DNA of 64,000 nt from the NCBI GenBank assembly GCA_043771175.1, contig JAYVHO010000006.1, positions 9,800-73,799 of the forward strand, written 5' to 3'. The DNA is from a bacterium (GTDB taxonomy: Bacteria > Patescibacteriota > Minisyncoccia > Phycocordibacterales > UBA1006). This document shows positions 29,798-38,283 of this stretch, piece after piece (position 1 is the stretch's first letter; every line of letters starts with the position of its first letter). The notes under the pieces were generated by a model. That model was given only the letters and a program-made list of their open reading frames with translations, was not told the origin of the DNA and made no database searches. Made by a program: the position numbers and the translations under genes.

Positions 29798-30622
29798 ATG
29801 AATTCCCTCAAACTTATATTCTATGGAACCCCGCAACTATGTGTGCCATATTTGGATGCTCTTCACAGCGTTGGTTTTACCCCCAGCCTTATTATCACAG
29901 CGCCTGACAAACCAGTGGGCCGCAAACAAATTATTACCCCACCACCCGTAAAAGTGTGGGCTTTGGCTCATGATATTCCCTGTCTTCAACCAGAAAAACT
30001 CACACCAGAATTTATAGAATCAGTAAAAGCCATGGGTCCGTTTGATCTTTCAATCCTCATTGCATTTGGAAAGATTCTCAAGCAGCCGCTCATAGATTTA
30101 CCAGAACACGGAACCTTAAATGTTCATTATTCTTTACTTCCTCGTCACCGAGGTGCGTCTCCAACAGAAGCCACTATTTTATCAGGGGATGAAGAAGGCG
30201 GAGTAACCATTCAAAAAATGGTGTTTGAATTGGACGCTGGAGACATTATATCTGCGGCAAAAATCCCCCTAGATGGCACAGAATTTAAGCGTGATTTGTG
30301 GGATATTTTGTCAGAAATTGGATGTGAACTTTTAATTGACACCATTCCAGAGTATTTAAATAATGACATTACGTTATTGCCACAAGGTTCACATGGTATC
30401 ACCCACTGCACCAAAATAGAAAAAGATGATGGCTTGATTGATATTGAAAAAGATAATCATCTTGAAATATGGCGTAAATTCCGCGCCTATGACGGCTGGC
30501 CAGGAATCTTCTTTGTAAATACAGAAGGTAAACGAACAAACATCACACAAGCTTCTTTTGAAAATGATCTATTTATTATAGAAAAAGTAGTCGTTGAGGG
30601 TGAAACTGAAAAAGAATACTAA
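29798..30622 (+). CDS. fmt: Methionyl-tRNA formyltransferase
   Basis: IFYGTPQLCVPYLDAL...IITAPDKPVGRKQ...LNVHYSLLPRHRGASPTEATILSGDEEGGVTIQKMV... Start is 1 nt after the def stop (def-fmt operon). Confidence 0.9.
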   Translation: MNSLKLIFYGTPQLCVPYLDALHSVGFTPSLIITAPDKPVGRKQIITPPPVKVWALAHDIPCLQPEKLTPEFIESVKAMGPFDLSILIAFGKILKQPLIDLPEHGTLNVHYSLLPRHRGASPTEATILSGDEEGGVTIQKMVFELDAGDIISAAKIPLDGTEFKRDLWDILSEIGCELLIDTIPEYLNNDITLLPQGSHGITHCTKIEKDDGLIDIEKDNHLEIWRKFRAYDGWPGIFFVNTEGKRTNITQASFENDLFIIEKVVVEGETEKEY

Positions 30623-30623
30623 A

Positions 30624-30650
30624 TAAAAACCCACATTTCTGTGGGTTTTT
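30624..30650. terminator. Bidirectional rho-independent terminator
   Basis: AAAAACCCACA-tttc-TGTGGGTTTTT between convergent fmt and ppiB. Confidence 0.75.
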
Positions 30651-30660
30651 ATTATTAATA

Positions 30661-31302
30661 TTATTCTAAAATTTCAATTGAAGTTATTTCAACGGGATTA
30701 ACAGGCCTATCTGATCCTTGTGTTGCGGTGGTTGCAATAGCATATATCACATCCATTCCTTCTATAACTTTCCCAAATACGGTGTGTTTACCATCCAAAA
30801 AGGTATTATCGGCAACGTTGATAAAAAACTGACTTCCGTTGGTTCCTGGCCCTGCATTTGCCATAGAAATAGTTCCTACAACATTTGAAAGACCTTGTAC
30901 AAATTCATCTTCAAATTGATATCCAGGGCCACCTGTTCCCCACATTGATTGTTGAGAATCGTCTTTTGAAAGTGGATCTCCTCCTTGAATCATAAATCCT
31001 TTAATAACACGATGGAATTTAGTATTGGTGTAAAAACCATTTTTTACCAAATTAGTAAAATTTTGAACAGTCTTTGGCGTTTTATCTCCAAATAATTCAA
31101 GGGTAAATGTTCCATAATTAGTTGCAAATACTGCTTTAGTAATTTGTGCAACAGGAACCACCGGTGCTGGTGTTTCTTTTTGTTCTTCTGTGTTCATAGT
31201 TGTTTTTGTGGTGAGGTTATTTTTAATACCAATAAATATTCCTCCAAGTATCACAATAATTGAAAGAACGATGATAATCCATAAACCTTTGTTATCTGAC
31301 AT
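30661..31302 (-). CDS. ppiB: Peptidyl-prolyl cis-trans isomerase, cyclophilin type (membrane-anchored/secreted)
   Basis: ...FHRVIKGFMIQGGDPLS...GTISMANAGPGTNGSQFFINVADNTFLDGKHTVFGKVIEGMDVI... N-terminal TM anchor. Confidence 0.9.
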   Translation of the reverse strand: MSDNKGLWIIIVLSIIVILGGIFIGIKNNLTTKTTMNTEEQKETPAPVVPVAQITKAVFATNYGTFTLELFGDKTPKTVQNFTNLVKNGFYTNTKFHRVIKGFMIQGGDPLSKDDSQQSMWGTGGPGYQFEDEFVQGLSNVVGTISMANAGPGTNGSQFFINVADNTFLDGKHTVFGKVIEGMDVIYAIATTATQGSDRPVNPVEITSIEILE

Positions 31303-31560
31303 AATGGGCTAATTATAGCGTACTAGACTCTCGTTTGGCAATCAAATAACACTGTTGCGCGTATTGCGATATGCCACGTGGTTCGAAAAGAGGTTTTGCT
31401 CATTTTTTAATAAATTTTTGGAGGGGATTTTAAATACTTTTGAAACTTACTTTTTTAGGGTAACTGCATCATTATTTTTTCATAGTATTTAAGAACAAAA
31501 ACTCAAATACTTAACACATAAATTTACATTAGATAATTACTATGCTAGCATAAATTTATT

Positions 31561-32094
31561 ATGATTCGAATAGAAAAAGCAAGCCTAGAATTTATTCCTT
31601 CTATTTTTGACATCTATAAGAAGTCTTACTTCTCCACGTATCTCGATCAGGTAAAAGGTGCAGTAGCTGAGGATTTTGAAGAACTCTTCAGTGTTAAAAG
31701 TTTTGCAGGCTTTTCTAACTCTCTTGAAAAGAGGATATTTAATGATAATCCAAATGATATTACACTTTTTGTTTTTGATAAGCAAGCTCCAATTGGAATT
31801 TGTCGTGTAAGAATATTTTCAGATTATAACCAAATACAATCATTTTATCTTTTGCCTGAATATACAAATAAGGGGGTTGGAGGAAAAACAATGTCTTACA
31901 TAACCACATTTTTTAACAAAAACAACAAAACCATTGTTCAAGTTGCAAAAGAAAACTTTAGAGCTATAAAATTTTATGAAAAACATGGTTTTTCAAAAGC
32001 GAAAGAATCTCAAGAATATTCAAATGATTCACATACCTTACCTGTATCGAAAACTAAAATTACAGAAGTTGAACTAACTAAAAAACCAGAGTAA
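31561..32094 (+). CDS. GNAT family N-acetyltransferase
   Basis: 177 aa; ...ICRVRIFSDYNQIQSFYLLPEYTNKGVGGKTMSYI...AIKFYEKHGF (acetyl-CoA binding motif A: Q/R..G.G..L). Confidence 0.7.
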   Translation: MIRIEKASLEFIPSIFDIYKKSYFSTYLDQVKGAVAEDFEELFSVKSFAGFSNSLEKRIFNDNPNDITLFVFDKQAPIGICRVRIFSDYNQIQSFYLLPEYTNKGVGGKTMSYITTFFNKNNKTIVQVAKENFRAIKFYEKHGFSKAKESQEYSNDSHTLPVSKTKITEVELTKKPE

Positions 32095-32110
32095 TGCACT
32101 CTGGTTTTTT
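32086..32110 (+). terminator. Rho-independent terminator of GNAT gene
   Basis: CCAGAGT-aatgc-ACTCTGG-TTTTTT. Confidence 0.75.
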
Positions 32111-32136
32111 AAATAAATTCTTTTGTGTCAAAAGTC

Positions 32137-32697
32137 TTAAGCTGCACATGCCATTCTTGGTAAGGTATAGTCAATACTAAATATACCTGTTGATTCTTCT
32201 GTCGGTGCATCATAACGATCACAATTATGAAAACAAATGAGCTGATCTCTTGTTAGAGGCTTAAATGTCCATGGTTCAAAATGCAAGAAAACTTTGTCAT
32301 ATATCCTTCTTGTGTAGTCATATAAGACTTCAACCTGATCTCTTTCAATTTCGGTTTCAATTGGATGATGATGAAGGAATCTCCCAAATACATCAAAACA
32401 AAATTTATTATACTTTTGAGTACATAAGATGTGGGCGTGCCAAAAGGGATCAACTACATCTGAAACTGCATGCATGTTTTTTGAATCAATTAAAGCTATT
32501 GCCATATATTGCTTATATGCCTCAAAGCCATCATTGATGAATTCATCGTCCGTAGGTAACCCAACACCTTTTAGTAATTTTGGTACTACAGTCTTTTCAA
32601 TTGAAAAATCAGTAGCGTCAATCTCCATAAGCGCACCATGCAATTTACCTGAAATCAACCCCATGATTCCTGGGCGAATGTTCGAAATTATATTCAT
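32137..32697 (-). CDS. Hypothetical cytoplasmic protein (possibly DUF1399/GRDP-like; WHAHIL motif)
   Basis: 186-aa ORF; ...DPFWHAHILCTQKYNKFC... No confident family assignment. Confidence 0.5.
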   Translation of the reverse strand: MNIISNIRPGIMGLISGKLHGALMEIDATDFSIEKTVVPKLLKGVGLPTDDEFINDGFEAYKQYMAIALIDSKNMHAVSDVVDPFWHAHILCTQKYNKFCFDVFGRFLHHHPIETEIERDQVEVLYDYTRRIYDKVFLHFEPWTFKPLTRDQLICFHNCDRYDAPTEESTGIFSIDYTLPRMACAA

Positions 32698-32780
32698 TTT
32701 TTAAAATATTTAAATTAGATCTCATTATATGGGAAATTATGAAGTTTATCAAGTTTAGATAAAATATATTAATAGTATGA

Positions 32781-32885
32781 AAACCCGCCTTCACTAAACC
32801 TACTTCGCCAAGACTACGAGGGTCACGAGCTATGGCGGGCAAACAAAAAACCCTCATCGGGACTAAACGATAAGGGTTCTTTGTA
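32781..32885 (-). terminator. Tandem rho-independent terminators downstream of 32899..33501
   Basis: On the minus strand: AACCCTTATCGTTTAGTCCCGATGAGGGTTTTTTG, followed by GCCCGCC...GGCGGGTTTT. GC-rich stems in an AT-rich spacer. Confidence 0.55.
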
Positions 32886-32898
32886 TTAACAATATTGT

Positions 32899-33501
32899 CT
32901 ATGCTTTGAGAAGTTCAATTGATTGGTTTTCTATATTTCGCATTGTGCGAGTTACGATTGTAACATAGTCCGGTCGAATAGTAGGTGGGTTATAGGCATT
33001 GAGAATTTCAGTGACTGACTTGTCAGCGTAGTAAGATTCAGTTTTTGGATTATTTCCAGACAGGTTTTTTGCAACAATATCAATTCCATGTTCAAAAGAA
33101 CTAAAATTAATCTTACAAGAACCCCATCCTAATCCACTGAATGTTGCTTTCTTACATGCTTGTTTGAATCCAGTAGATTCAATCATAGCAATCGACGGAA
33201 CTAACCGCCAGTCAATATCATACTTGTCAGCATAAAATACGAATTCCTCCGCATAATCTGCCGCAGGTAATGAACGAGCATCAAAGAATGCTCGGATCTT
33301 CAAAACACGAGGATCTTCTTTTGGTTTTGATTTCTCAGGAGAAACTAAAACTTGAGAAGACACTATAGCTTCACCACCAATCATTGTCGTTTCGAGTACT
33401 TGTGCGCTAACTGATGCTGGAAAGAGGCCCATAGACATGACTCCAGCTATATTAAGTAGCACTACCGCAAAACGACGAACTTTATTTGTAAATAAATCCA
33501 T
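32899..33501 (-). CDS. Secreted hypothetical protein (signal peptide)
   Basis: 200 aa; N-terminal ...VVLLNIAGVMSMGLFPASVSAQV signal peptide. No recognised domain. Confidence 0.55.
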   Translation of the reverse strand: MDLFTNKVRRFAVVLLNIAGVMSMGLFPASVSAQVLETTMIGGEAIVSSQVLVSPEKSKPKEDPRVLKIRAFFDARSLPAADYAEEFVFYADKYDIDWRLVPSIAMIESTGFKQACKKATFSGLGWGSCKINFSSFEHGIDIVAKNLSGNNPKTESYYADKSVTEILNAYNPPTIRPDYVTIVTRTMRNIENQSIELLKA

Positions 33502-33669
33502 AAATGAGGATTTGTGCTCCCTCGTAACATTCCTTGGGTGGTAGAAGATTTTTATAAAAGCTTACGTTTTTACAAAAAACGCACCGTAAATTACTTTATC
33601 AGTACGTCTCTATAATAGCATATTTGGGACTAAAAGTCAAAGAATGCAATGATTTTAATCTTTTGTCAA

Positions 33670-34395
33670 CTAATCTTTTTTAAAAGTGTTTGCAATAGTT
33701 ATTCCAACCTCATCTTCAATAATAACATCCTTTACGGCACCAGGAATTGAAGCTGAAGCATAGTTAATATTAAACTTTGTTCTATTAAAGCTAAAGGTTC
33801 CGGTAATAGTTACCATTCCTGAATCATTTCTTACTACTACGGGGATTGAAATTTCTTGAGTCTTACCTTTAATGGTTAAATCACCTGTTAACAGTGCGGT
33901 ACCACCCACCAGCGCAGCAGAAGATGTCAGTACAAATGTTCCAGTCTTATAAGTTTCTACATTAAAGAAATCTTTTCCTTTTAAATCATTTTCAAGCTTT
34001 TCTTTTCCTTTGCCTAATTCAAGATCAAGTGCGGTAATAGTATCTAGCGCAAATTCCAGATCAGCTTTGAGGATAACTGCCCCATCTGTTTCAAAGGTTG
34101 CCTTTGAAATTTCTACCGTACCATTATGTCCACCTCCAACTCTCTTTTTGGCATTCCATCCAATTGTTTGACCTGGTGTAATGGTATATGTTCCCGCAGC
34201 AATATTTTCACCAGTATTTGTAGCTACATCATCTTTTATTTGAGTATCATCAATAGGGCCATTGCCACCCAAACTTGGTGTATCTTTTTTAAGCGTTAGT
34301 AAAACTCCTGCTATAACTATCGTTAAAATTACCGCAATTAATATTTTTGTCTTCATATGAATATTACTATACCATATTTGATATACTATTAACAT
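33670..34395 (-). CDS. YceI-like (polyisoprenoid-binding) family protein, membrane-anchored
   Basis: ...GHNGTVEISKATFETDGAVILKADLEFALDTITALD... LLTGDLTIKGKTQEISIPVVV... typical of YceI. Probable true start MKTKILIAVIL at 34356. Confidence 0.75.
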   Translation of the reverse strand: MLIVYQIWYSNIHMKTKILIAVILTIVIAGVLLTLKKDTPSLGGNGPIDDTQIKDDVATNTGENIAAGTYTITPGQTIGWNAKKRVGGGHNGTVEISKATFETDGAVILKADLEFALDTITALDLELGKGKEKLENDLKGKDFFNVETYKTGTFVLTSSAALVGGTALLTGDLTIKGKTQEISIPVVVRNDSGMVTITGTFSFNRTKFNINYASASIPGAVKDVIIEDEVGITIANTFKKD

Positions 34396-34695
34396 ATGAA
34401 ACCTTTTGTATTTAAAAGTCTTGTTGTAATAATTTCACTGGGTATATTCTTTTTTGTGTGGAAGATATTTTTTCAGAAAGAAAATACCGTTATTCCCGTG
34501 GTTCAACAGACCCCCGGCACCCAACCACTACTTGGTAAACCGGTAGAAATTCTTGATGCTCAAATTATTCAAGAAAATAGTTTCAATGATTCAAATTACA
34601 CTCCTTCTGAACATGATTTTAATGAGTCTCAAAAACCATCAAAAAAAGAAATAACCGACGAAGATCTTCCACTTACTACTCCTGAATTTAATTAA
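34396..34695 (+). CDS. Small secreted/membrane-anchored hypothetical protein
   Basis: 99-aa ORF with N-terminal hydrophobic segment, followed by the bidirectional terminator at 34695..34727. Confidence 0.4.
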   Translation: MKPFVFKSLVVIISLGIFFFVWKIFFQKENTVIPVVQQTPGTQPLLGKPVEILDAQIIQENSFNDSNYTPSEHDFNESQKPSKKEITDEDLPLTTPEFN

Positions 34696-34727
34696 AAAGA
34701 GGGGCACCTACGGCGCCCCTCTTTTTA
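34695..34727. terminator. Bidirectional rho-independent terminator
   Basis: AAAAGAGGGGC-acctacggc-GCCCCTCTTTTT. Confidence 0.75.
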
Positions 34728-34733
34728 ATAACC

Positions 34734-35528
34734 TTATTTAATTCTATACACAATAGTTACGGTAGCTGTTGTGGTTTCTGTTCCAATGTTAATTGGTGCA
34801 GAAGGTGCTGCTGACACACTGTCCATAGATGCCATTTCCGCCTTTGCATAGTACATCGGTTGAGGGTATCCACCATCACCATTTTCGCTGAATGAAACAA
34901 TCTTACCCAATCGTACATCAAGTGATTTTGCTAACTTTTTTGCGCTTTCGCGAGCCTGAGCAATTGCTTTTTCACGAGCTTCTGTTTTTTGTTTAATAGG
35001 ATCTTCTATTTTCATATCTGGTCCGTTTACTGAATATACTTTTGCAGCAGTAATGATTCCCATAAAATCAGAAGATTTTGCAAGATCACGAACTTTTATA
35101 GTTTCATTATGAAACACTTCATATCCCACTAATTTACTTTCTCCGGGTGGACAATTGTATTGTGTACATTTTGGTTGAGTATACTCATATTTTGGGTTCA
35201 CGGTGTGTGACTGTGTTTTGATGTCGTCATCCTTAATTCCCGCTGATTTTAAATCATTTGAAAGCTTTTCAATATCTGCCTTAATAACATCTTCTGCCTC
35301 TTTTGAAGTCTTACCTTCCCCGCGAAGTGAATACGTAATCACGGCAATATCAGGCTTGGTGTTAACTTCCGCATTTCCGGTAACGGTAATGGTGTTTTGA
35401 GCATCATTAACGGAACCTTGTTGCTTGGTAAAGGTGATTCCAGTAATAAGGATAATAATTGCGGCAATAGAAAGGAATACCCCTCCACTGGCAAAAAGAA
35501 ATTGTTTGTAGGTTTCTGTTTTGTTCAT
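34734..35528 (-). CDS. SIMPL domain (DUF541) protein, membrane-anchored
   Basis: ...ITVTGNAEVNTKPDIAVITYSL...IKADIEKLSNDLKSAGIKDDDIKTQSHTVNPKYEY... C-terminal ...REKAIAQARESAKKLAKSLDVRLGKIVSFSE... typical of SIMPL/26-kDa periplasmic immunogenic proteins. Confidence 0.7.
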   Translation of the reverse strand: MNKTETYKQFLFASGGVFLSIAAIIILITGITFTKQQGSVNDAQNTITVTGNAEVNTKPDIAVITYSLRGEGKTSKEAEDVIKADIEKLSNDLKSAGIKDDDIKTQSHTVNPKYEYTQPKCTQYNCPPGESKLVGYEVFHNETIKVRDLAKSSDFMGIITAAKVYSVNGPDMKIEDPIKQKTEAREKAIAQARESAKKLAKSLDVRLGKIVSFSENGDGGYPQPMYYAKAEMASMDSVSAAPSAPINIGTETTTATVTIVYRIK

Positions 35529-35534
35529 ATGTAC

Positions 35535-36935
35535 TTAGTATAACGTACGGGAATTATCATTATTACGCACCCATCGTATAATGTATTGTTTTACATCACT
35601 TTTTTTCTCTACCCCACTGCGTGCCATATATCGAACCAGTCCAAAAATAGGTCTTGTAAACCACGGACGATCATGTAGTCCCGCAATACTCCACAAACAT
35701 CCAACATAGCCATTTGGGTCTCGCCCATCAAATTCATAGGTATCGTTTAAATATATTGCAACTTTAAGAGCTTGTTCTGGTGTTTGCGTCCATTCTAGTA
35801 TTTTTTTTGCCCAATACATACGCATATAACCATGCATTTTCCCTGTTTGTATCATTTCGTTTTGACATGCGTTCCATAATTCATCATGAGTTTTTGCTTC
35901 TTCAAATTCCTTTTTGGTATAAATATATTCTCGAATATCAGTTCTATGATCATCTAATGTTTGAAGTGCCCATGGGGCAGCACCTTTTAATGAATCGTAA
36001 TTTTTATTATAGTAACAAAAATTATCAGAAAGTTCACGACGAACGATTAATTCTTCTAAAAATGAATCTTTACTGGTACCAATCATTTCACCAGCAACCA
36101 ATTCAAATATTTCTTGTGCGGCAATAACTCCATAATGTAAATAGGGAGAAAGCCCAGAAACACCTTGTTCGTTGGCGTTGTTACGAGTAGTATCATAGTT
36201 ATTATGACCAATAAGTTTTTTAAGTAGTGTATATGGTTCATTGATGTTATTTTTAGGGAACAATTCCAAAACCCCACCCTTTAAATCACCTATCACTATA
36301 GTATTAATAATGTTTTGAGTTTTAACCAATAAATCTTTACTAAAAAATTGTTTTTGAAATGATAATAATTCTTTATGATTTTTTTTATCATATTTTTTTA
36401 CAATATTCATATATTTATGAATCTTAGGGCGAATCGTGCGTGCAGCAAATTCCTGTTTGATACTCGTAACCCATACCGGAATAATATTATGAGTATCAAC
36501 TATTTCAAATCCATAATTTCCACCTTGGCATACTGACTCTTTCCATGCTCGTTGAGTTTTTAAAGGAGAAAAATCTGTTACCACATGACATACATGAAGC
36601 TTTTTAAAAAGAGAAATCATTTCAGTAATTGCATCCGACGAGACAAAAATTTTAAAACAAATATTTTTGTCTTCTGCTTGTTTTACCAAATCAGTTAAAA
36701 TTCCTTTTTTAAACCATTGTTGGCGTCCGCTGCCGCCCAAAAAATCTGGATCATAATTAAACCATACTTCACAAACTCTATTTTTCTGTTTTGCAATTTC
36801 AAGAGCTCGATCAAATGCGTGATTATAGGTAAAACGCATATCACGGTCCATCCAGTAAATAACAGGACCAGTATGTTCCATGTTTATAGTACGAATTATT
36901 TGAACTCTTGATTTTTCAATATCAATTTCTTCCAT
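35535..36935 (-). CDS. phr: Class II CPD photolyase (deoxyribodipyrimidine photo-lyase)
   Basis: ...GPVIYWMDRDMRF... and C-terminal ...QTGKMHGYMRMYWAKKILEWT...NGYVGCLWSIAGLHDRPW... (class II photolyase FAD-binding signature). Confidence 0.85.
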   Translation of the reverse strand: MEEIDIEKSRVQIIRTINMEHTGPVIYWMDRDMRFTYNHAFDRALEIAKQKNRVCEVWFNYDPDFLGGSGRQQWFKKGILTDLVKQAEDKNICFKIFVSSDAITEMISLFKKLHVCHVVTDFSPLKTQRAWKESVCQGGNYGFEIVDTHNIIPVWVTSIKQEFAARTIRPKIHKYMNIVKKYDKKNHKELLSFQKQFFSKDLLVKTQNIINTIVIGDLKGGVLELFPKNNINEPYTLLKKLIGHNNYDTTRNNANEQGVSGLSPYLHYGVIAAQEIFELVAGEMIGTSKDSFLEELIVRRELSDNFCYYNKNYDSLKGAAPWALQTLDDHRTDIREYIYTKKEFEEAKTHDELWNACQNEMIQTGKMHGYMRMYWAKKILEWTQTPEQALKVAIYLNDTYEFDGRDPNGYVGCLWSIAGLHDRPWFTRPIFGLVRYMARSGVEKKSDVKQYIIRWVRNNDNSRTLY

Positions 36936-36956
36936 TATTTGAGAATACCACAGAAT

Positions 36957-38183
36957 TTAATTTTCGTCTGGTGCTTTATCCAGAATAAGAGTTTTTAACA
37001 TTTCTTTTCCCTCATGATTTATTTTGATACTCATAGAAACTCCGATTTTTTTGCTTCTCACAATAGAAGAAAGAGTATTTTTGTCAGTTATTTTCTCTCC
37101 ATCTATTTCTAAAATAATGTCATTTTCAACAATCCCCGCTTTATTTGCAGGAGACCCAGGTATTACCGCCACTTCACCTGGCTGCCCACTACGCTGTACC
37201 AATACGCCATAATCATATTTTAAATTATTAGCTTTTTTGATAGTATCATCAATAGGAATATATCGTACTCCCAAAAATGGACGTACGACTTTTCCTGTTT
37301 TTGAAACAGAATCAACAATATCTTTTACCACATCAGATGGTACCGCAAACCCAATATTTTGTGAACCTTGTGCTACCGCAACATTTACCCCAATCACAAA
37401 CCCACCACTATCTAAAAGTGGTCCTCCAGAATTTCCTGAGTTAATAGCAGCATCTGTTTGAATAAGTTTGTCGAGTGATTCTGCATTACCCTGCATGTCT
37501 GATGCCGTGATACTGCGTGTTAAACCACTTACAATTCCTTTTGTTACCGAGTTTTTAAATTCACCCAGTGCATTACCAATAGCAATAACGTCTTGCCCCA
37601 GTTCAATAGTGCGTGAACTTCCAAACGCCAGAGGCACAAATGTATCAGATCCTTTATTCTTAATCTTAAGCACTGCAATATCCACCACAGGATCACCCCC
37701 CACCACTTCTACATCATATTTTTTACCATTGTTTAATACTGCAACATATGTGGCGTTCTTGTCAGCCACTACATGATTATTGGTAATTATCATTCCAGAA
37801 CTACTCACAAAAAAGCCACTTCCTCCACCTATTTCTTTTTCTTCTGTTCCATTTTGTACATATTGTGGAAACAGATTTCCAAATTGTCCAAACCCAAACA
37901 TTCCAAAAGGATCTTGTATGTTCATATTATTTTGCACACGCTCCAGTTTGGGAACTTCTTTTGAAATAATAATTGAAACCACGGATTCATTTGCTTTTTT
38001 TACAATAGCAACGGTATTTAATTCATTTTTTGAATAGTTTTTATTTGAAGAAATAATTTCAGGAGCAATACTGATTGAACGATAATCAATATATCTTGTA
38101 ATAATTGCGGTAGTAATAAGAGAAGAAAGCAGGGTTGAAACTGCCACGGTGATAATAAGTTTTCCTTGCTCGATGTCTTTCAT
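36957..38183 (-). CDS. htrA: HtrA/DegP-family trypsin-like serine protease with PDZ domain, membrane-anchored
   Basis: ...GGGSGFFVSSSGMIITNNHVV...DVEVVGGDPVVDIAVLKI...GNSGGPLLDSGGFVIGVNVAV... (His-Asp-Ser triad motifs) plus C-terminal PDZ (...PGSPANKAGIVENDIILEIDG...). Confidence 0.9.
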   Translation of the reverse strand: MKDIEQGKLIITVAVSTLLSSLITTAIITRYIDYRSISIAPEIISSNKNYSKNELNTVAIVKKANESVVSIIISKEVPKLERVQNNMNIQDPFGMFGFGQFGNLFPQYVQNGTEEKEIGGGSGFFVSSSGMIITNNHVVADKNATYVAVLNNGKKYDVEVVGGDPVVDIAVLKIKNKGSDTFVPLAFGSSRTIELGQDVIAIGNALGEFKNSVTKGIVSGLTRSITASDMQGNAESLDKLIQTDAAINSGNSGGPLLDSGGFVIGVNVAVAQGSQNIGFAVPSDVVKDIVDSVSKTGKVVRPFLGVRYIPIDDTIKKANNLKYDYGVLVQRSGQPGEVAVIPGSPANKAGIVENDIILEIDGEKITDKNTLSSIVRSKKIGVSMSIKINHEGKEMLKTLILDKAPDEN

Positions 38184-38283
38184 ATAAAATAGTATAACTA
38201 ATAATGTTTGTTATTTTATCTGAGGATTTATGAAAAAAATATGAATATTTAATACCATAGAGAAAAAACCAATTAATATACCC

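Noticed and set aside
32645-32857. 70-aa minus-strand ORF overlapping the 32.7-32.9 kb spacer
   Set aside because: It runs through two terminator hairpins (GC-rich stems) and overlaps the start of the adjacent gene. More likely non-coding.
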